From a virus, in IMG/VR virus record IMGVR_UViG_3300044591_002613: a DNA stretch of 64,000 nucleotides. One strand, 5' to 3'. Each line of letters begins with the position of its first letter. Position 1 is the stretch's first letter. The position numbers were made by a program, and so were the translations under genes. Under the pieces are notes generated by a model. The model had not been told where the DNA came from, ran no database searches, and saw only the letters and a list, made by a program, of their open reading frames with translations. Of this stretch, positions 57,012 to 64,000 are shown in pieces.

Positions 57012-57666
57012 TGGTAGTCCACGCTTTTGATGGTGCGCCATGATAAATCAGGCCGATATTTGGAGAATCCCCCAAGCCCGCCACTAGGTCATCTTCACTC
57101 GCATCAACGTATCCGGCAGCAAGCAATTCTTCTCGAGAACCAAAAACTCTGGAGTGAGGTTTTGAACGGTCGATTTCTTTATCGAACAGGCCACCCTCAC
57201 TAAATATGAGCTTGAAGTTTTGTGGAACGGTGATAGCGCGAAAGAATCGAACCATCTTTGTATAGGCATAGAACCTAATGTTTGGATTAGCCTCCATGAT
57301 TTGTTTCCACTTGCGCCAGTAGTTGAGCGCATAGAAGTCGCCGGAATCATGTATTCTAATAACAACCTGTGTATTCTTTTTAGATGCTTTTCTTACAATT
57401 TCGTTAATTTCAAGCTGCATTAGTTCTGGAAAGCTTTCTAATGTAGTTTGAGTATATCGCCATTCATAAACAGAGGCTACATTTGAAAATCTATATGCAC
57501 CTTGCTGAGCATAACAACCGTTTTCTTTGGCACAGATGCCAGCGGCAGGGCAAGTTATCTTGCCATCTCGTGTTTTATAGGCGGTGATACCAAAATTCCA
57601 CAACTGAATATCATGTTTTTTGCCAGACTTTCTGATTTTGGCATTTTTAGTCAAGAGCGTTGGCAT
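57001..57666 (-). CDS. Gp88-like protein (radical-SAM-like fold)
   Basis: TCP.AG.C....CYA..G, RIHDSGDFY, FYAYTK; RBS GGAGG before ATG 57666. Confidence 0.7.
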   Translation of the reverse strand: MPTLLTKNAKIRKSGKKHDIQLWNFGITAYKTRDGKITCPAAGICAKENGCYAQQGAYRFSNVASVYEWRYTQTTLESFPELMQLEINEIVRKASKKNTQVVIRIHDSGDFYALNYWRKWKQIMEANPNIRFYAYTKMVRFFRAITVPQNFKLIFSEGGLFDKEIDRSKPHSRVFGSREELLAAGYVDASEDDLVAGLGDSPNIGLIYHGAPSKAWTTNET

Positions 57667-57682
57667 GTTATTTCCTCCACTA

Positions 57683-57712
57683 AACATATCGGAGTTTTAC
57701 AATCTAACTTTA
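57683..57712 (-). promoter_or_regulatory. Sigma-28-like promoter (-10 variant TCCGATAT)
   Basis: TAAAGTTAGA-N9-TCCGATATGTT. Confidence 0.75.
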
Positions 57713-57988
57713 TAGTTCAAACGAAAGGCTTAAATCATTTTTAAGCTGTTCTATATCGCCATGAATCAAAACTTTTTCTTCCCAATTATGTTCAAAAATG
57801 GGTAAACCCTTGGCATCTCTAATTAATCTTTTGTTTCCATCTAGTTGGTAATAGCCAAGTTCTCCAAGAGCCTCTGACATTTCTGTAAATCTATTTATCC
57901 ACTTAATCTTTTGATCACCCAGTTTAACAAACGCCCATCTATGTGCATCCATTATGACAGCTTTAGTTCTTGCTTGATATATCATCAT
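57710..57988 (-). CDS. Hypothetical protein
   Basis: Stop coincides with promoter -35. Confidence 0.5.
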   Translation of the reverse strand: MMIYQARTKAVIMDAHRWAFVKLGDQKIKWINRFTEMSEALGELGYYQLDGNKRLIRDAKGLPIFEHNWEEKVLIHGDIEQLKNDLSLSFEL

Positions 57989-58193
57989 CGCTGTAAAATC
58001 CTCTTTCGATTAAAGCATTTGTAAGATGTTTTTCAAAATAAACTTGTACATCACGTCTTTGCAGTGGGCTCCAGCACTGCGGCAAAGATGTTTCCAGCTC
58101 TTCGATCAACATATCAAATAGAGATATAACGGCTTTATATTCATTAAATACCGATTCTTTTGACGGGCTAGTAGTATCGTTTTTCATAAACAT
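57963..58193 (-). CDS. Hypothetical protein
   Basis: RBS GGGAGG after promoter. Confidence 0.55.
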   Translation of the reverse strand: MFMKNDTTSPSKESVFNEYKAVISLFDMLIEELETSLPQCWSPLQRRDVQVYFEKHLTNALIERGFYSDDDISSKN

Positions 58194-58208
58194 TTCCTCC
58201 CTTACATG

Positions 58209-58238
58209 TACTTATCGGAAGTTTGCAATCTAACTTTA
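58209..58238 (-). promoter_or_regulatory. Sigma-28-like promoter
   Basis: TAAAGTTAGATTGCAAACTTCCGATAAGTA. Confidence 0.8.
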
Positions 58239-58239
58239 G

Positions 58240-58851
58240 TTAATGAGTGGCAAATTTCCAATCTTCTGGGTATAAGAAAATATTTCCAGAAATTGTGCAA
58301 CGATTTGTATCTTGTTTTTGCATATGAACGCCGTGGCTGAGGTGAGATGGGAAAATAATCATTTGCCCCTCCTTCACTTGTGGCGAAAAAATATCTGGCC
58401 AATGCGTTTTGCTAAATAAACTCAAAATTCGATTTAAACCAGAGGCCGAGTAATTTTTAGCCTTATCATTTACGAAATAAAACTCTGCATCATTTTCATT
58501 AAGATTCATAAAATAAACATAAGAAAAATTTGAAATTGGAGATACGTGATGATGAATTTCTTGCCAACAGCCTTGGTTATAAATATTCATCCAAACAGAT
58601 TCTATGTTGTATTTAAGTTCTTTATGTGCCCCAAAATCATTAACCATCTTTAACACTGCAAAATGTAATTGTTTTAAAAACAATTCGTAATCTATTTCTT
58701 TATTTTTTGCGCGACTTGTGAATACTTTGCAGGGCCACATCAATTGTTCTTGGCATTTTTCTTTTGCAATTGGTAAGAAATGATCTTTTAAAGATTCGTG
58801 GTTAGTAACTTCATAAATGTAATAAAACTCTGGAAATAATTGTTGAATCAT
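58240..58851 (-). CDS. Putative 2OG-Fe(II) oxygenase (TIGR02466-like)
   Basis: W.NIY.....QEIHHH, S.VYF, EG..IIFPS.L.H.V, R.TISGN. Confidence 0.75.
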   Translation of the reverse strand: MIQQLFPEFYYIYEVTNHESLKDHFLPIAKEKCQEQLMWPCKVFTSRAKNKEIDYELFLKQLHFAVLKMVNDFGAHKELKYNIESVWMNIYNQGCWQEIHHHVSPISNFSYVYFMNLNENDAEFYFVNDKAKNYSASGLNRILSLFSKTHWPDIFSPQVKEGQMIIFPSHLSHGVHMQKQDTNRCTISGNIFLYPEDWKFATH

Positions 58852-58869
58852 ATATTAAACTCCCACATA

Positions 58870-58899
58870 TACTTATCGGAAGTTTGGAGTCTAACTTTA
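58870..58899 (-). promoter_or_regulatory. Sigma-28-like promoter
   Basis: TAAAGTTAGA-N9-TCCGATAAGTA. Confidence 0.8.
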
Positions 58900-58900
58900 G

Positions 58901-59221
58901 TTAAATATATTTTTCGATTTGGTAAAAGATTACATGATCTTTGTAGGTGTGCCAGAATGGACTGCTGAATATATCGGCAAGGTTTTCAAAAAGTTCCATG
59001 TTGTGATGAAACCTTGAAGCCATAAAATACTTTATTGATATGTCTGGATAGCGGTTGTAAAGTTGTACTGGCCCTTCTTTTGCATATACCTCTGCAGACG
59101 CAAAGTCGGGAGCATCAAACTTAAAAAAGATTAATTCTCCATATGGAAATTTCTGTAAATCAAAATAAGCGGGCTTTCTTGACCCAAAATCTATAGATAT
59201 TCCATAGTAGGTTGGCATCAC
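58901..59221 (-). CDS. Hypothetical protein
   Basis: Operon context. Confidence 0.5.
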   Translation of the reverse strand: MMPTYYGISIDFGSRKPAYFDLQKFPYGELIFFKFDAPDFASAEVYAKEGPVQLYNRYPDISIKYFMASRFHHNMELFENLADIFSSPFWHTYKDHVIFYQIEKYI

Positions 59222-59622
59222 AGACCCTTTAACAGTTCTTCAAAGTCGGGGCAGGCGAGGATGTTACTCCGAAGTTCTGGATATTTTTCTAGGGCTTTCT
59301 TGTAGGCTCTGCGATAAACAAAAGAGTGGTACGGCACTATTAGCTTGTTTAAGTATTTCATAATGAAAGATCCGTACTTCAAGTCTAGACCGTATAACCA
59401 CTTTGGCCACGTCACATAAACATGGCGTGGTTTGAACAATTGATAAAAAGAATAGCAACCAATAGAGCAATACACTCTAATGGTTCCAAACTTTGATTTA
59501 GTTTGTCGAACGTTGATGCGACCATATTTAACAAGATAATCACCAATTTCATCGGCTATAACGCTGCATTGCCATTCATCGTAATCGTTGTTTAGCTCGT
59601 ATTCTTCTGTTTCCATGACCAC
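59218..59622 (-). CDS. Conserved phage protein
   Basis: QTKSKFGTIRVY resembles QIKEKFGSMRIY of 56661..57011. Confidence 0.5.
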   Translation of the reverse strand: MVMETEEYELNNDYDEWQCSVIADEIGDYLVKYGRINVRQTKSKFGTIRVYCSIGCYSFYQLFKPRHVYVTWPKWLYGLDLKYGSFIMKYLNKLIVPYHSFVYRRAYKKALEKYPELRSNILACPDFEELLKGL

Positions 59623-59627
59623 TTCCT

Positions 59628-59822
59628 TTATACCAGCTCAAGCTCAACAAAGTCATATCCAAAATGACCCCCCATGGCCCACCCCTTTTGATTATATTCT
59701 TTTACAAGTTCTAAATTGAGTAGGTTTACTTGTGTTTGGGCCTTCTCTTTATTTGTAAATACAGGCTGACCAGCTACAAGTTCTAAGGCATCGCCAATAA
59801 ATACAATCACATAAACTAACAT
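59628..59822 (-). CDS. Paralog family C protein
   Basis: VF..KE.A...V..L......KGW....Y.F.EL.L. Confidence 0.5.
   Translation of the reverse strand: MLVYVIVFIGDALELVAGQPVFTNKEKAQTQVNLLNLELVKEYNQKGWAMGGHFGYDFVELELV
59796..59816 (+). repeat. Exact 21 bp repeat, copy 1 (copy 2 at 60267..60287)
   Basis: AATAAATACAATCACATAAAC encodes VYVIVFI at the 5' end of two adjacent genes. Confidence 0.8.
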
Positions 59823-59831
59823 AACTCTTTC

Positions 59832-60293
59832 CTACTTTGTAAGAGTAAAAAGTTCTCGAAACCTTTTAGCTTTTGTTAACGGCAAATCTCCTGTGTAAAC
59901 GTCATAAGTTTTGCCGTTCAATTTACATTGGCGTTCTTTGTTTAGCATTTGTTTGATTTTTGTGACGATGTTTAACGGAATTGTTTCGTCAACCAACGCC
60001 TTAGCAGAAGTTTTAACAGGATTTGTCGTGGTAAGAACCCCAGAAACAAAAATAACGCCATCGGTCTTGTAGGTTGTTGTTCTCGAACGAACATGAGGCC
60101 GGAGCATGTTTATGATCGATTGAGGAGCTAATAGTTCTGGAGCAATAATTGTAGAGGCATTTGCAAGCTGTGCAATTTCATCAATAACACAGTTAGTATC
60201 TGCCGCTTTATTTTGGTTCACTGGAGCCATAGCTACTGAGCCAACAGTTCCAACGCAAACACCAAGAATAAATACAATCACATAAACGGGCAT
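59832..60293 (-). CDS. Putative exported/membrane protein
   Basis: Hydrophobic N-terminus; RBS GAGGA. Confidence 0.55.
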   Translation of the reverse strand: MPVYVIVFILGVCVGTVGSVAMAPVNQNKAADTNCVIDEIAQLANASTIIAPELLAPQSIINMLRPHVRSRTTTYKTDGVIFVSGVLTTTNPVKTSAKALVDETIPLNIVTKIKQMLNKERQCKLNGKTYDVYTGDLPLTKAKRFRELFTLTK

Positions 60294-60304
60294 GATTATT
60301 TCCT

Positions 60305-60667
60305 CTATAACATATATGCCAATACTTCCTGCATCATATTTTTAACAGTATCTACGTCGTCGTAGTCAACACTCATTATTGGAGAACGCTGTAGGTTTTT
60401 TAGATGTTCGGGCATAGTGGCAGAATACTGCAGACATAAAACGCCAAAAGTAATCTTGCCTCCACGTTCATGGAACAAAATTCTCATTTCAATTGGCGCT
60501 TTCCAATTGACGTATATTTGGCCGCCCAACTCTCCTGTTATACTGTCTGGTTCTGGAATAACACCCCCCTCCATGAGGCGGGTTAGAAATTTTTCAATTT
60601 TATGTTTGTGGTTGATCTTAGCTATATGACGACTTTCGGCAATCTGTAAGAGTTCGTTATATGACAT
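60305..60667 (-). CDS. Paralog family B protein
   Basis: I.KFL..L....IP.P..I.....I.V.W...VK..M. Confidence 0.55.
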   Translation of the reverse strand: MSYNELLQIAESRHIAKINHKHKIEKFLTRLMEGGVIPEPDSITGELGGQIYVNWKAPIEMRILFHERGGKITFGVLCLQYSATMPEHLKNLQRSPIMSVDYDDVDTVKNMMQEVLAYML

Positions 60668-61076
60668 AAGAATATATACCCGAAATTATTTTCTTAACAT
60701 GATCGTGTTGCGATAGACCATACAGTTTTGTAAATGATGGTGACCATAGTTCGGCATATTCATCAGCTATAATTGTCCATTCTTTTGTACTAAAACCAGG
60801 AGAGTATATTTTAAGGCTAATTTCGTCATGGATTCTTAGATCAAAATGTATTTGAATTTGTATATAGAGTTTTGGCCAGAACCAATATGCTTGTACAATG
60901 CCGTCTGGCGCAACTTGAATCCCCGGAACCGGAATCTCACTATCTTCAATCATTTTGATTAAAAACGTTTCTATATCTTTCCAATGAGGCTCGCGCTCAA
61001 TTAAATTGAGGCGGTGTTTAATTTTTTGTTCGTTTGTCATATTTCTTTCAGCAGCAGATATATACTGATTATTCAT
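60657..61076 (-). CDS. Paralog family B protein
   Basis: IETFL.......IP.P.I...PDG.V..YW...VKK. Confidence 0.55.
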   Translation of the reverse strand: MNNQYISAAERNMTNEQKIKHRLNLIEREPHWKDIETFLIKMIEDSEIPVPGIQVAPDGIVQAYWFWPKLYIQIQIHFDLRIHDEISLKIYSPGFSTKEWTIIADEYAELWSPSFTKLYGLSQHDHVKKIISGIYSYVI

Positions 61077-61303
61077 TTTTTTAGCTCTCCGTCTTCAGGC
61101 TCCCACAACGCATAATAATGCGATTCTTCAACTTCTTTTAATCCACTTTCTGGAAATAGTTGTTCTAATTTGATGCCTGGCGGTTGCATACCAAGTTCTT
61201 CTAAAAAACGTAATAGCTTATCTGCGCCATCTTCATATTCGAGCTTGACACCTTCCTTAAGAATATAATTGCTTAAAAGATGAACGAGTGCGCTGCGTTT
61301 CAT
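61073..61303 (-). CDS. Hypothetical protein
   Basis: MKRS..V, L..LE..GM.PP, WEPE. Confidence 0.55.
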   Translation of the reverse strand: MKRSALVHLLSNYILKEGVKLEYEDGADKLLRFLEELGMQPPGIKLEQLFPESGLKEVEESHYYALWEPEDGELKK

Positions 61304-61362
61304 AATTTGTACTCAACATAAACATTTGTTGGTTGATATGTCGATAAAAACTGATTTTGTAA

Positions 61363-61581
61363 TCATTCAACTGTTTCGATTTGATAACCATAGGCCCAAT
61401 GACCGTTGTCGAGGGAAAAGACTGTACGGTTCTTATCTTTAAGATCAATTGCATCAACTAGCTCACCGTATTTTTCTCGTTCGCTTTCACAAAGTTCCAT
61501 TCTTACAACAACAGCTTTTTTGGGTGATTGAGCACCCCATCCGCCTCTCCAAATAACAACATCACCTTCTTTAATAGCCAT
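61363..61581 (-). CDS. Hypothetical protein
   Basis: IK.GD.V.WRG.WG, KYG, LDNGHWAYG.QI; RBS AGGAG. Confidence 0.6.
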   Translation of the reverse strand: MAIKEGDVVIWRGGWGAQSPKKAVVVRMELCESEREKYGELVDAIDLKDKNRTVFSLDNGHWAYGYQIETVE

Positions 61582-61590
61582 TTCAATCTC

Positions 61591-61857
61591 CTAATCAACC
61601 CATTCGTATTCAAACACGTCTACTTTACAACCAAAAATGCCATACAAAATACCCGGAAGACAAAACGGATTAAACGGAACTTCTTTAAGCCGCTTAGTGT
61701 CATCTGAATGAACATTGCATTTATAAATAAAATTTTTTGTTGGATAACCCTTCAAAAGAGTCACATCTTCAAAATTGTCATCCAATTGAATCACAACTTC
61801 TGCGGGTCTGGAAACCCGATAGTTAGTCCACTCAATGTTGAATATCCGAATTATCAT
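61591..61857 (-). CDS. Hypothetical protein
   Basis: RBS AAGGAG after promoter; FG..V..FEYEWV shared with the partial ORF at the window end. Confidence 0.55.
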   Translation of the reverse strand: MIIRIFNIEWTNYRVSRPAEVVIQLDDNFEDVTLLKGYPTKNFIYKCNVHSDDTKRLKEVPFNPFCLPGILYGIFGCKVDVFEYEWVD

Positions 61858-61878
61858 TCCGCTGCTCCTTCCTGCATA

Positions 61879-61908
61879 TACTTATCGGAACTTTGGAATC
61901 TAACTTTA
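61879..61908 (-). promoter_or_regulatory. Sigma-28-like promoter
   Basis: TAAAGTTAGA-N9-TCCGATAAGTA. Confidence 0.8.
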
Positions 61909-61914
61909 GCGTTT

Positions 61915-62205
61915 TTATTTTATAAATGAAGTATTTTTGCGATCTAAATAAACAACGTGTGGAGAAAATTCTTCTTCGTTGTTTGTTTTTTCTTGGTGCT
62001 GGCGGTGGAGGTCAATAGCTTTTGTAAGTGCCTCACCATCTTCAAGCAATGAACTCCAGTCAAGAGGTTCGCTAACTTGCTGATCTACATAGCCATACAA
62101 ATCTTCAAGATCATGAGCAAACGTGTAATACGATAATTCATTATTTTTGGCTCTGATAAAAAATACGCGAGGAGCTATTCTTTTGGGGTTAGATTGTTTC
62201 TGCAT
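61915..62205 (-). CDS. Hypothetical protein
   Basis: Operon context. Confidence 0.5.
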   Translation of the reverse strand: MQKQSNPKRIAPRVFFIRAKNNELSYYTFAHDLEDLYGYVDQQVSEPLDWSSLLEDGEALTKAIDLHRQHQEKTNNEEEFSPHVVYLDRKNTSFIK

Positions 62206-62575
62206 ATAATTCCAACATATGATAGCGCAATGCTTTTACGTCTCTGTAACTCCATTCCATAGCAAATGAGCTTGCCTGACGCAACCAGTTTTCGCTTTTA
62301 ATCTTTTTACCCGCTGTGACCATAACATCAACATATTCGCAAAACACCATTTTGACCCCTCCGTTGATCCATTCTTGTTCTCCGTCCAAATACCAAAATA
62401 CATTGATGTAACTTGGTTTTTTATCTACTTTTGAAATAGCAATCTGAGAAGGGTAAGGCAAATCATCGCCAATTAATTCTGTTAAAAATTTTATGACCGT
62501 TTCGTTATCGGCAGCATGAGGAAACGTGGCCACGGCTTCAATATCGCTTTTTATTTTCTCATAAAGTTTTTGCAT
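62189..62575 (-). CDS. Paralog family B protein
   Basis: V.KFL.EL....LP.P..I......I.V.W...M.ELYA. Confidence 0.55.
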   Translation of the reverse strand: MQKLYEKIKSDIEAVATFPHAADNETVIKFLTELIGDDLPYPSQIAISKVDKKPSYINVFWYLDGEQEWINGGVKMVFCEYVDVMVTAGKKIKSENWLRQASSFAMEWSYRDVKALRYHMLELYAETI

Positions 62576-62924
62576 ATAACTCCGTCATATATTTTTTTAT
62601 TTTTAAAACCTCTTCATATTTCCAATGTTTTGTTAATAAATGATTAATTTGTTCTGGCTTATAAACATCAAAAAGAGAAACGCCCGCAGGATAATTGCTT
62701 GCGATCAAGTAAATTTCAAGCCAGTCGTGATAACGGAAGTTGATTGCAACACCTAAATCATCCCATTGAACAAATATACGTTCATCTTTGGCACCAACTT
62801 CTGGTGGCGGCAAACCACCGGATAATAGTTCAGAAAGAAACAATTTTACTTTCTTTTTCTGGTCAACAGCCCATCCATCTGAGCCAAGGCTATCAATTTG
62901 TTTGCCTAATTCTTTAGATAACAC
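62559..62924 (-). CDS. Paralog family B protein
   Basis: V.LFL.EL....LP.P......I.V.W...IKKYM.ELYA. Confidence 0.55.
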   Translation of the reverse strand: MLSKELGKQIDSLGSDGWAVDQKKKVKLFLSELLSGGLPPPEVGAKDERIFVQWDDLGVAINFRYHDWLEIYLIASNYPAGVSLFDVYKPEQINHLLTKHWKYEEVLKIKKYMTELYAKTL

Positions 62925-63285
62925 GAGAATATATGTCCACCATAAGTTTTTTGATTATTGGCAAATCTTCGTAGCAACGATCTGCCCTAAATTCATATAA
63001 AATATGTCGAAACACTGGATCTGTTAACTCTTCTAGAAAATAGGCATACGGTGCTATCGACGTCTGATAAAACTCTAAAAGAATAGACTGGTATCCGTCT
63101 TCCCCATTACCATTAAATCTCCACCTGACTGATATTGGAATACCATCTGCTGGAATGATTATGTTTGTTGGGAGCGGAAGGTCGGTATTCTCCAATAACT
63201 GCTGCACAAAGCGTTCTGCTTTTTCTTTGAGGATCTTTTTATCCTGTTCAGATATTTTTAGGTGGTCGGGAAGATCGTATTTCAT
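62914..63285 (-). CDS. Paralog family B protein
   Basis: F...L....LP.P..I....DG..I.V.W...YED...IKKLM..IY. Confidence 0.55.
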   Translation of the reverse strand: MKYDLPDHLKISEQDKKILKEKAERFVQQLLENTDLPLPTNIIIPADGIPISVRWRFNGNGEDGYQSILLEFYQTSIAPYAYFLEELTDPVFRHILYEFRADRCYEDLPIIKKLMVDIYSRVI

Positions 63286-63497
63286 ACGTCTACCCAACTA
63301 CCGACTAAATCAAACTGTTCAATATCATAGCGATGGGCATAAGAATCCCAACCTTTTTCTTTACATTGTTGTATGTGACTTTGTCGAACTTCTTCTAGTT
63401 TGCGCTCGGCATCTTCCCTTTGAAGGAAAATTGTGGATTCTAGGCCGTCAACAAACTCCCATCCTGCTCCGTCAAATAAAACCATATAGGCTTTCAT
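63282..63497 (-). CDS. Paralog family C protein
   Basis: MK.YMV, IFLQ.EDA....E, L.GSWVDV. Confidence 0.55.
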   Translation of the reverse strand: MKAYMVLFDGAGWEFVDGLESTIFLQREDAERKLEEVRQSHIQQCKEKGWDSYAHRYDIEQFDLVGSWVDV

Positions 63498-63745
63498 ACG
63501 TCTATCCAGCTTCCTTTTAATTCAAGTTGAATGTGGCTAAATTCATAATGTTCTCTTTCTTTGTATCTTTCACAAAAAGACTTATGAGCCTCGGTAAGAT
63601 GTTCTACTCGCTTAAGAGCATCTTTTTCTTGCAAGAAAACAAAGTCGTCAAACCAGTTATCGGGAAATCGGGTGACGTTTCCCATAACATCCATATCATG
63701 ATGGATTCTCATTCGATACACCATAAAAACTTTCATGAAGACCAC
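63494..63745 (-). CDS. Paralog family C protein
   Basis: MKVFMV, VFLQ..DA...VE, L.GSWIDV; follows a promoter copy. Confidence 0.55.
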   Translation of the reverse strand: MVFMKVFMVYRMRIHHDMDVMGNVTRFPDNWFDDFVFLQEKDALKRVEHLTEAHKSFCERYKEREHYEFSHIQLELKGSWIDV

Positions 63746-63762
63746 CCTTTGTTCCTTATATA

Positions 63763-63792
63763 TACTTATCGGAACAATACAATCTAACTTTA
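63763..63792 (-). promoter_or_regulatory. Sigma-28-like promoter
   Basis: TAAAGTTAGA-N9-TCCGATAAGTA. Confidence 0.8.
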
Positions 63793-63855
63793 GGATATGT
63801 TTATTTCATCGACACATAAGAATGGATTTGTCGATAAATTGACAATTTATGAACA

Positions 63856-63999
63856 TTAACTGACCCATTCGTAATCAAAATTTTTGATCTCGTAGCCAAA
63901 TTCATTTATCAAAATTCTTATTGCCCGCCATTTGTATTGAGCAAATTGAGCAAGCATGGGGATTTGTTCTTCCGTCCATACGACTTCTTTAGGCAAGGA
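63856..63999 (-). CDS. Hypothetical protein, 5' truncated by window edge
   Basis: ...LPKEVVW...FGYEIKNFDYEWVS, similar to 61591..61857. Confidence 0.45.
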   Translation of the reverse strand, partial: SLPKEVVWTEEQIPMLAQFAQYKWRAIRILINEFGYEIKNFDYEWVS

Positions 64000-64000
64000 A

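Noticed and set aside
58202-58402. 66 aa ORF ending TSDKYM
   Set aside because: Alternative frame inside the oxygenase gene; its tail is just the translated promoter.
42307-63792. The 30 bp repeats as a CRISPR array or attC sites
   Set aside because: Copies are separated by whole genes (about 0.4-4 kb), have a variable core with fixed spacing and are not palindromic. No cas or integrase gene is visible. A promoter fits better.
1-64000. Alternative genetic code or stop-codon reassignment
   Set aside because: Coding density is high under the standard code, and TAA, TAG and TGA all end genes at tight junctions.

Overview
This 64 kb window is part of a large, AT-rich, tailed dsDNA phage genome (myovirus-like, standard genetic code). 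I saw no rRNA, tRNA, CRISPR array or IS element. Bases 1-29 kb (+ strand) form a tail morphogenesis block: three long mosaic fibres, seven tail-collar/His-x-His needle proteins, an AAA+ ATPase, three tail-tube-like proteins, chaperones, tape measure, baseplate hub and central spike. An antisense thymidylate-synthase-fold gene with the dCMP-specifying Asp sits inside this block. Bases 29-41 kb hold a MoxR ATPase/VWA-metallopeptidase pair, a lytic transglycosylase, a kinase / 2OG-Fe(II) oxygenase / dNMP kinase / dUTPase operon, a mosaic 925 aa probable head-internal protein and an SF2 helicase. Bases 41-64 kb (- strand) are about 65 small accessory genes, including paralog families. The strongest unannotated signal is 20 copies of a 30 bp element, TAAAGTTAGA-N9-TCCGATAAGTA, i.e. 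TAAA-N15-TCCGATAA, which matches the flagellar sigma-28 (FliA/SigD) promoter consensus. It precedes non-structural genes only and is often fused to the stop codon of the upstream gene. This suggests a sigma-28-driven phage regulon built from promoter-gene cassettes, possibly in a phage of a predatory Bdellovibrio-like host. All family assignments come from motif recognition by eye, not database searches.
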